Assembly (NCBI RefSeq): GCF_009834535.1
Contig: NC_045699.1
Location: 69,874,001-69,938,000, forward strand
Direction: 5' to 3'
Source of the DNA: Camelus ferus
Taxonomy: Eukaryota
DNA length: 64,000 nucleotides
The notes below the pieces were generated by a model. That model did no database searches. It saw nothing but the letters and a program-made list of their open reading frames with translations, and had not been told where the DNA came from. The position numbers and the translations under genes are program-made. Shown piece after piece: positions 45,976 through 56,128 of this stretch (the first letter of the stretch is position 1; every line of letters starts with the position of its first letter).

Positions 45976-48634
45976 GGGATTTGGATGCAGGCGTGTCTGA
46001 CCTTTGTGGAGGGGCTGGGGGCAGGTAGCCAGGCCCCCCTGAGAGCTGCCTGCTGCCCATCCCACTCCAAGACCCTCCAAGGCTCCAGGCAGTGAAGCAG
46101 TGACAGCTGCCGGGCCTGGCAGAGTGCCAGGGGACACCTGTTTCCTAAAGGTTAATTAGCTGCTTAGAGCTCGGGGCAGGGCTTGTCTCCGGCTCCCCAG
46201 CGCAAAGCCCCAGCGCAAAGCCGCTGGGGCTTGGGCGCCTGCTGACTACCCAATGTTTTGTGCTGGGGCCATTCCAATCAGGGAGGGGGCATCGTGGGGG
46301 CTTGTTGGGTGCAGGGGGTGGTGAGGGTCACAGGGGAGGCTGGAGGCTGAGAGGTCCTGGGGGAACGCTGCTTGGGGGCCGGGGGGTGGGTGGTCAGGAG
46401 ACGACGGAGGCTTCTCAGCTGGGGGATTCCAGGGAAGCCTTCTCTGACCCCGTGGACCTTCGCTAAGGTCAGCAGTGGACCTGCCAGCAGAGCCCTCGCC
46501 ACTCAGCTCCCGCTGTTTGTATCATGTTATGCCAAGGTCACACAAGGTCACACAGCTCATAGGTGGGCAGGGTGGGGACATCCACTTGGGCATCCATCCT
46601 GGGCTCTGGAGACACAGTCCTGGCCCCGCCCAGTTGCCTTGGGTGACTTCAGGCAAGTAAGCAGACCTGCCTGAGTTCCTGAGTCTCAGTCTCTTCATCG
46701 GGAAAATGGGATCACACCTACCTACGGGATTCTTATGCCCGTGAAGAGTGCCAAGCACTTTAATCTTCACAGTGAGCCCATTTGACAGATGAGGAAACTG
46801 ACGCTCAGAGAGGGGAAGTACTTTGCTCAGGGACACACAGCTGGTAAGCTATGGGGCTAGGTTTACATTCAGGCCGTCCAATCTGGCTCCAGAGTACGAG
46901 CCCCTACCCTCCCAGCTGTGCAGTGCTGGGTCTCCTGTGTCTCCAGGTTGGATCTTTAAGCATCGACCCCTGGGCCCCTGCTGCCCTTCACTACCAGATA
47001 TGGGTGGCAGGTATAGGGCAGCCCAGCCTGGGTTAGACCAGGGACACCTTCCCTCTCCACCCTCACACCTGACCCCCTTCCCACCCTCTAAAAACCCTCT
47101 TGGCAAATTGCATTCTTTTACACCAGGTCTGGCTGTTCCAGTAACCGACACCTCTCTTTTTATCAGCATCCTGCTGTGGACGGGTCTCTTCCTCAGCCTC
47201 TGATTGAGCTTGTGGGAGGAGAGGGCCGACGAGGAGGGGCCTGGCGGAGGCTTGCAGCCTGTCCCAGGGTCTGGGCCGGGGGCCAGGGGGCCGAGCCTCA
47301 GACCTGAGTTCAGACCTTCGCTCTCGCACTTCACGTCCTGCCCCCTTTGTGCCTCAGTTTCCCCATGTGGGGCCAGGGCAGCGTAATGCTGTCTTCCCTG
47401 GGAGCTGTTGTCAGGGCGCTGACCCTGGCACAGCCCCAGGCTCGCAGTGGGCACTCAGGACTTGGCGGCTGTTATGAGCTTGCCTTAAACAGTTTTGAAA
47501 AGTGGCCTCCTCAAGTCTGATCAGGCACAAATGGCCCAGGGTACCCCCTGGGCCTCCCTCCCCACTTCCCTGGGGAGGGATTCCAGTTCCTTTACTCACC
47601 CAACCTGCGCCCAACGTCCAGCTTCCTGTCCATTCGCTGGTTCGTTCGTTCATTCATTCATTCATTCCACAGGCCTGTCCTGAGCACATTCAAGTGCCAG
47701 GCCCCGTGCTGGGGACTGGGGGCTCTCACATCTGCTCTGACTGGATCCCCGGGGCGGCTTGTGCGGCACGTACTGTTACCGTTGTTCTCACATTACAAAC
47801 GGGGAAACTGAGGCACAGGGAGCTGAAGGCGCTCTCTCAAGGTCACCTCCCTCCACCACCGAGCATGAGTGAGGCCTTAGGGATGCTTAGATGTTCTTGT
47901 TCAGTGATTTTAGAGAAATTAGCTGGTTTTGTTCCAACCTGAACTGATTCAGTACTTTTCAGAAAAAAAAAACATTTTGTTTCTTTCATGGTTCAGTAAA
48001 GAATAACTATTTGGGCTTGGCTAGAGGTTCAGCTACTTTATATGGCTTGTTCCAGCTTTTGGTTCAAGGCTCCGTTCTTGTCTTGCCTGTAAAAGAGCCC
48101 AAGACTGAGCGCTGGAGGGGCTGGAGGGAGGGGTGGAGGAGGGGACAGTGCTGGTTGCTGCTGGGGCTGCAGAAGGGGCTCTGCCTTTCTGCCCTGGACC
48201 CCGTCATGCAGGCAGGGCAGCTGAGGGCCTGGGGCAGCCAGCGCCTTCTCTGATCGTCCTGTACCCAGGCATGAGTGATGGGAAAGAATTATCTTCAGTG
48301 CTGGCCTTGGCACAACAGTCCTGCCTGCCCACCTCAGGGTGGCAGGGAGCAGCCATCCCTGCCTGCAAGGGGCTGAACTCAGCCATCCTCCCAGCAGTGC
48401 AGTGGGCATCTGGAGGGGATGGACCAGTGTTGTCCCCTGGGGGGACTGGACACGGAGCTCCTGACTAGGATAATTCACGGAGTGGGAGGGGGCGTCTTGT
48501 TCAGAGCTGGCTTCGGGGTCCAGACATGGGTGTCGCCTGGGGTGGGGAAGGCAGGAAGGAGGCACCCCAGCATCTGTCTGTCCCCTGAAACACCTCCCTG
48601 AGCTAAAAGGCTACTTTTCTGTTTTCTCTTGCAG

Positions 48635-48659
48635 TTACCGAGAAGGAAGTCCAGCAGTG
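48635..48659 (+). CDS. NCS1: NCS1 coding exon 2 (25-nt micro-exon, FTEKEVQQW)
   Basis: Acceptor cttttctgttttctcttgcag, donor TG|GTGAGT; completes TTT with exon 1 and TGG with exon 3. Confidence 0.97.
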
Positions 48660-50375
48660 GTGAGTAGCTATGTTTCTCCAGACTGTTGGGGTGGGGGTGG
48701 AGGTGTTGGCTTGGTGCTGGTGGGGCGGCAGTCCAGCTGCCCGGGACAGGGGCACCTGGAGGGCCCTCTGAGAGTGTCTTATTCACCAACCAGTCTAGGG
48801 AAACTTTATTCAGATTCCTTTGTTCATAAGGGACTGACGTAGATCCATTTGAAGTGGGGTAGATGGTAGGGGTTGGATGCTGGACTCCTTGCCTTGTGTA
48901 TCATCTCTGAGGACCCCCAGGCCCTGAAGTATTAACTCCAGGCCCTGCTCACCCAAAGAAGGAGTTTGGACCAGAAAATGAGTCAGGAGACTGGGTCCCA
49001 GGCCCGACTATTTCCCTAAATCATTCTGTGGCCTTAATACGTCTCTTCCCCTCCCTGGGGTTCAGCCACCCCATCTAAGTGATTGATCAGAGTGGATCAA
49101 GGATGCCAAATAGGTTTCTTCTTGGATGCCAGCTCTAATCACTCTATAGTAGCTGCCTGGAATGCTGTGTTAAGAAGGATTCTGAGTCTGTATGTCATGG
49201 AGCAAATGGAAGCAAAGCAGTGAGGGATTACTGAGGTCTGTAATGGATTAGTGGTGCCTGCCTCGGGCCTGGGAGAGGAGAGTGGCGTGTTGTCTGTCAT
49301 TGTGGAATGTGGAGCAGACGGGAGACTCACACTATAAGGCGAACCTGAGCTGGGAGTGGGTAGGTGAGTGAGGAGGCAGGCTCGGAGACCTTCCAGTGAA
49401 GTCTGAAGGCTTAGAAATGGGCCCCAGAGTCCTAGCTTTGTTGCCTCTTCCTATCTTCCTGTTTCTCAAGTGATCTAACCCCTCTGAGCCTCCGATTCCC
49501 CCATGTGTATGACAAGGAATCATGAGGTGACATTCCCTGTAAAGGTCACAGCTCAGGGCCCAAGAGATGACAGCGGTCTTCCGCCCACTGTTCACATGGG
49601 GAACTGAAACCTGCAGATGTGCCCTCCAGCACAGCCAGGCCGTGGTGGGCCACCGCAAGGGCCCAGGCCATGAGACTGCTCTGGGAGCTTTGCTAGGGGC
49701 AGGGCCAGGCTCCCCCAGGGGCCACTCCCTACGCCTCCATGTCCTTGACTCTGGGCTGCGGAGGAGGAGAGCTGTGGCTGCCCTGCCCAGCTTCGCTGAC
49801 CCCTTGCTTGGGATCCTGGCCAGGTAGGCAGAACCTGGGTGGTGAGCTGGCTGCCCGGCAGGAGGAGTGGATGTGGAGGGAGCAGCTGCTGCCCCTTCTT
49901 CCTCCCCCGCAGCCTAGGACCCAACATGTGGGCCTGGCCTGCCTCTGACCTCATTTTCTACTTTTCCGCTTCCCCAGGTGAGCGTTCCAGAAATATTCCT
50001 GCTTCTAGGTCTTTATCCCCGAGGCTGTCCCTCCTTGAATGCCTCACCCCACTTTCCTGAGCCTTTGTCACTCACTTTTCCCTCCTGGAAAGCCCCACCT
50101 CTTCCTTCCTGGGCCATCTGAGCTCTACCCGACCAAGGCTCACCTGAGTCACTTCCTCCAGGAAGCCTTCCTGGATTCCCCATCTGTACATGGTCTCTCT
50201 CCTTCCCACATGATAGCCAGAGAGGTCTTTGTTGACCAAATACCTGACAATGTCAGGCTTCTGCCTAAACTCTCCCTGGACCTCAGGTGAAGTCTGCGCC
50301 TTGGCATGGTTACGTGGTTACCAGGCCCGGCTGTCCCAACTTGCTGTCCTGACCCCTCCAGTCTCACTGCCATTT

Positions 50376-50403
50376 CCCTCTGCCCTCTGCCCTCTGCCCT
50401 CTG
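50376..50403. repeat. (CCCTCTG)4 short tandem repeat
   Basis: Directly visible. Confidence 0.85.
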
Positions 50404-53400
50404 GCCTGCCTGAATTACTATCTTATTCCTGAACTCACCTTACTCTCTGGGGCTTCCTGACCTTTGCCTGGGCTGTTCCCCCTGCTGGGAACACCCCTCC
50501 TCCCCTTTGCTTGGGAACACCACCTCCTCACCCTCAGACCTCCTTCCCTGAAAACTCCCCAATCCCCAAGGTTGGGTTAGGGGCCTCCTCTGACCTTCCA
50601 CAACCCAGTGTCACAGCCTGGGACACACCTGGGACAAACAGCAGTTACACATCTGCATCCCTCTCTGCCTCCCCTCCTGGTCTTGAGGGCCGGCTCTGCC
50701 CTATTCACCCCTGTGTCCCCAGGGCCTGGCCATAGCAGGTGCTTGGCCCCCAACATACACCCCTAAGTGATTCACATATACGTTGTCATTGGCTCCTGGG
50801 CACTGTCCTGGGGGTTGACATGATTTATCATCTCCATGGCAACAAGAAAACGAAGCTGAGGCCCAGAGAAGGGCAGAGCAGGGATGAGGACCAGGTCTGT
50901 CCCTGAGAGGTGGTGGGCACCTCCCCAGCACCACCGTGTGCCAGGCGCACCCTCAGACATGGGCGTGTTCGTTTGGTCCTCACAGTCACCCAGAGGAGTG
51001 TCCCATCACTGTGTTCCCTAGACGAGGCCCCTGACTCCCAGGAGGTGCAGGGCACACCTGAGCCCTGGTGTCCTCCCGAGTTCACGCCTGGGCCTTTCCT
51101 GGGAGAGACTGGAGGCAAAGTGGCCAGAGGGGCTCCAGGACCAGGGCTTGGGCTGGTAACCTGGTGGAGCAGCTTTGGATGAGTTACTGGACTGCTTGAT
51201 GCCTCAGTTTCTCCATCACCTGAGAAGTGAGGGAAATAATTGTCAACCTTTTATAGGAATATGGTGAAGACCAAATGAGCTAATTCATAATCAGCGTTTG
51301 GAACAGAGCCTGGTAATCTTCTCTCTGTCGGTGGTGTTAATAATGCTGATATGGCTAATAATACTGATGTCCTCATCAGGACAACTAGGGAGCGATCCTG
51401 AGATTGCAGGTCGCCCTCCTTGTTATGTAGATGGGGAAACGGAAGCCCAGACAGGTGGACGGACTTTGAGCTACAACTTGGACCACAGGACTCAGCCGTG
51501 GAAGAAACTGTTTCAGGCACAGTGATCGGCAAGGACAGAAGCTTGGCATTGGTAACAGGAGTGTTTGAAGAAGATTAGGGAGGCCAAGGAGGCTGGCTTG
51601 GAGAGGATAGTTGTTGAAGCTCCTACAACAAAACATGGGCCCTTGTCCTTGCAGGAGGGGAACTCTCTAAAGAGCTTATAAAGAAAAAGAAATCTTTTCT
51701 TTGCCACAAAGTTCCATGAACCTCAAGTAAATGCCCTTTGCTCATTTTGGTGGTGCCTCCAAGGCTTTTCTCTAACCCTCCTGGGTCAGCCTGCTACGCA
51801 CCTCATTGTTGTAGTCGAGAATGGCCATGGTGTGAAGGTAGAGCAGGGATGCTTAAAGAGTGACACTCATACCACCACTCTCCCCGCCTGTGCCCACAGC
51901 AGACATCAGTAATGGATCACAGATTGTGGCACACTGGATCAGTCTCCTCTGGTGCTCTGGATAGCCAGTGTAGTTGTTCTTAGCATTTGAAATGAACCAG
52001 TTTGTTCTCTCTTGATCAGCCTAAAACTTACTGGTTCACCAGGACTATAACATAAGCCTGCAGGGCCAGAGGCCAGATCCTTGCAGCCCACCATGTCCTG
52101 TCTTTTGCACGGGAGATGAATGGGATGAGCACCTGCATCCCAAATGCCCTGGCCCATTTTCAGGGGATCCTGCTCAGCACAGCCTCCAGCTTGTGCCCCT
52201 TTGTATCCTCAGCATCTCTCTGGCACCCGATAGCTGGAGAATGCCTGCCTTCCCTTGGGGAAACTCGGGGCTCCTGAGCCCAGCCTCCCAGCAGCAGACA
52301 ATTTAGGACCAAGCCATCTGGGGTGTGACTGGGGAAATGGGAGGGAGGGGCATGTGGAGAGCGGTGGGGCCACAATGGACAGAGTTTTCCTGTCCCACCT
52401 GAGATGTGCCTGGGTAGATTCATCCAGGGTGGCTTCTGTTTCCTCCTGTGTTTCTCTCTCTCTCCTGCTTAACGCCCTTTCGTGGCTTCTTACTGCACTT
52501 AGAATAAAGCCCCAGCCCCTTGCCCAGCCCTCAGGGTTTCTTGAGATCTGGCCTTTCCCTCTGCCCTGGCTCACCAGGCACCAGCCACACTTGCTGCCCC
52601 TCACCTGTGCCAAGCTCCTTCCTACCTCAGGGCCTCCATCCTTGCTGTCCCCTCTGCCCCTGACCTTGGCATCTTCACTGCAATGTCACCTCCTGGGAGA
52701 CGTCTGCCTTGACCACCCTGCCCCTGTTTCTCCAGCCTGCTAAGGGATCGTCTTGTTTTGTGCTGACTTTTAGAAGCTGCAACACGGAAGAACTGGGCCC
52801 AGGGGTCTTATGTGACTCTGACTTGTCCTGGGCCATCCAGTGAGCAGATGCAAAGCTGGGCAGATCCCAGGTCCTCCAGGAGAGCCCAGGCCCCAGGTTG
52901 TCAGGAGCGCAGGCCAGACTCCAGTGACGTGATGCTTGGGCCGGTGCTGGCTGGGCCCTCACCTCACACCAGGCTCCGTGCTGGGTGCCCACGGCATCAT
53001 CTCAGCTGCTCCCAGCTCTGTATTTGGCAGGGGGAGGAGGCTGGGGGCTTAGGGAGGCAGGGCCAGTGTCGGATCCGCAGCTGCCTGAAGCCACCCCCCC
53101 CCCCCACCAGATCCCTTGCTCTTGACTGTCTCATTTCCTACTCTGAGCTCGAGTCATCACAATGGAAGGTCAGGAACTGTGGTGGGAGCCTCCAAGGACA
53201 CTACAGCAGGTCCCAGGCCTTTATGGAGGGAACAGAGGGGTGGTGGCGAAGAGAACGCGATCCTGAGTAGGAACAGCGCGGCACAAATAGTGTCCCCAGC
53301 ACAGTTCCACGGCGGGGGGGGTGGGGGAACGGGGAAGAAGATGGGAAGGAGACTGGCCAGAGGCTGGCAGTGGGTGTGCAGTGCGGGGGTGGTGACACCG

Positions 53401-54404
53401 TGGGTTATGGGTATTTTTTTTTCTCTTATATTTTCTATTTTCCAACTTTTCTGTTATGGCTTTTTATTACTTTTATAATCACCAAATAACCCGATGATAT
53501 TGTAACAAAAACAGTGGGTGGGAGCAGGAGGAATTCTGCAGCAGCCTCAATAGGACCAGCTGTCAATCCTGGACCGTCCTTCGCAGTGGCAGCCACAAGG
53601 AAGGAGGCGGCCTCTCCTTAAATCCGCTGGGCGCCCCCTCTGGGCCAGGCCCTGGGCTGCTACTTAGAAGAGTGCCGTGGGCTCAGTCTAGGAGCAGCCC
53701 ATTTTACAGATGAAGAAACTGAGGCTCAGAGGGGGTGGAGACACTCGCCTGGGTCACCCAGCTCTGTTCTGGCTGGAGTCTGGGTCCAGCTCGCTTGCTT
53801 CTATGGCCTGGGGCCTAGGGGCTCAGCCCTGCTGGCTCTGGCTCTGAGGAACCCCACAAAGCTGAAGGCGGTGGAGCTTAGGGGGTGAGAAGAGAGAAGC
53901 GGGGAGGGGAGGGGAGTGGAGAAGGGAAGAGGCATCATCCTCATGGATGTTTTTGGGACCCTCCTCCAGGACTGTCTGCAGGCAGGTCCCTGGGGAGCTC
54001 TGGGAGGGGAGCACCACGGGAAGGGAGGTGTTTGAAAAGATAATGGGAGAACAGTTTGCCAAGGCCGCCGTGGCAGCCCCGGCTGCGTTTGGCTGATGGC
54101 AGTGGGGGGTATGCTTTATCATTTACCCATCCATCTGTGTCTTTCCCACTTTCCACACTGCAGAGAGCAGCCACCGTCATACTTAACCCTATACAGGGAA
54201 GGAGTGGGGCGTGGGGGTGATGTGGGGCTTGCTGCAGGCTGGGTCCCAGAGGACAAGGCTCTGCTGGAACTGAGAGCAGTGAATTCCAGAAAGTCCTGGC
54301 AGGCCAGGGCCTCTGGGGAACCGAGGCTGTGGTGGGGTTGGGGCTTCCCCAGGTGCAGAGAACAGGAAGCTGAGCTGGAATTGGATCCGTGGGTCAGGAC
54401 CAGC

Positions 54405-54520
54405 GTTTGTTCATTCATTCACTCCCTCATTCATTCACTTATTCATTCATACACTCCCTCCCTCCCTCACTCATTCATTCATTGTTTGGTTCATTTATTC
54501 AGTAAATCTTTACTGAGCAC
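54405..54520 (-). repeat. (TCAT)n-rich L2 3' tail
   Basis: ttcattcattcactccctcattcattcac...ttcattcatt...ttactgagcacccaccacgtg; similar tails at about 47640, 56905 and 61950. Confidence 0.75.
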
Positions 54521-55915
54521 CCACCACGTGTCAGCTGAGCTGGGTGCAGGGGCAGCAGGGACTGGGGCAGATGAGGTGCTGAAGTCCCCTGGGGGACGCA
54601 GGCTGGTGCAGCGGGGGACAGAAGCCGAGGTGGGGAGCTCACGGGGAGGAAGCCCAGTGTCTAGTTGGGAGTGTTTCGTAAGTGGCGTTCAGTCTTCAGT
54701 GTTTTTATGAAATGACAGACTGCCTTTTCCTTTTCCCTTTTAAAGAGCTGTAAGAATGCAGTAGTCGAATCCAGGATCTTCTCCTCCCGTCTCCACCCTG
54801 TCGCGGAGAGCTGGTTCCCCAGCGCAGTCACCCATGTCAGAAGCGTGTGCTCACAGGGATGGAGGCTCTGTGTGTGCGGGGCTCAGGGGCTGTGCCCTGT
54901 CCCAGGACTACTTCCCAGCTTCTCCTCCGACCTTTAAACAGAGTCAAGACCCCTGCTCTTGAACAAGAATGTGTCAAGGGTGGTCTCCATATAAGTCCCC
55001 AAGCTGTGTGACTCGGGGGAGAGGGGGTGTCGGGGCTCTTGGCATGTCCCCAGGTGGCCTGCCCATGTACCAGGGCAGTATTAGGAAGGACTGCCTGGGG
55101 CCCGAGCTGGGGCCCCCAGAGGATGTATTGGACCCTCCTTCTTGGGACAGCTGGCAGGGCAGGGCAGCTGGGTGGGCCCTCCGGCTCCAGTATGTGGGGG
55201 AGGTCCTGGCGGCAGGGCTTAGCAGAGGGCGCATGTTCAGGACGTCCTTTGCTGGCGGCCATCTGTCGAGGATCACCCGGGGCCTGAAAGGCAGGTGCTG
55301 TATTGGCTCACACCTTACAGATGAGGAAACCGGGGTTCAGAAGGGGAGGCCGCCTGCCTGGGGTCACACACAGGGCAAGGATGGTGCTGGGATGGAGCCA
55401 GGTCTGATTTGAAAGTCCAAGCCCTTCTTTTTCAGTTCTTTACGCTTAAAAAAATTAAACTCTTTTTTTCTTATCACAGAATTCCTGCATGTTCAGTGCA
55501 GCCAGTGAGACAGGAAGCAGGGAGATGAGTAATGGTAAAACCAGGAATAAAGCAATCCGTCCCCCACCCCTTTCCACTGTGTGCTCGGAGCCCTTGTCTG
55601 AAGTGGGTGCCCTCCTGGGTGGCCTGTCACGGTGGGATCTGGGCAAAAGAAATGCTGTGTGAAGGCCCTGAACCAGGAAGGGACTTAACAGCCCTTGGCC
55701 TCAGCTTTCCCATCTGTAAAATGGGCATAATCACCCTTGCCTTCTGGGCTCGTCGGGATGGTTTGCTGAAATGGTGCCTGGAAATCATGTAGCCCCATGC
55801 CTGGCTCTCAGTAGGTCCCTGGTGGTAGCTGTTAATTCAGAAGCAGACCACTGGGAGCAGACGCTGTGGAAGACCCTCCTCCCGCTCTGTGAGGGTCCCC
55901 AGAGACCATCTAGGC

Positions 55916-56128
55916 CTGTGGTTCTCAGCTGGAGTGGTTCTGCCCGGGGGGACGTTTGGCACTGTCTGGGACACTTTGGGTTGTCATAACTTGGGGTGGG
56001 CGGTGCTTCTCGCGTCTAGTGGGTGGAGGCCAGGGATGCTGCTAAACCTGTCACAGTGCACTGGACGGGCCCCCATCACCAAGAATCATCCGGCCCCAAA
56101 CGTCAGTGGTGCGGCTGGAGAGAACCCG
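55916..56128 (+). mobile_element. MER20 hAT-Charlie MITE, near full length
   Basis: ctgtggttctc...ggggggacgtttggcactgtctgg...tctagtgggtggaggccagggatgctgctaaac...aagaatcatccggccccaaacgtcagtggtgc...gagaaccc follows the recalled MER20 consensus. Confidence 0.85.

Noticed and set aside
47400-48634. Orthologue of the recalled human short alternative N-terminal exon close to exon 2
   Set aside because: I found no ATG with a good phase-1 donor giving a similar peptide in this stretch; it needs alignment to decide.
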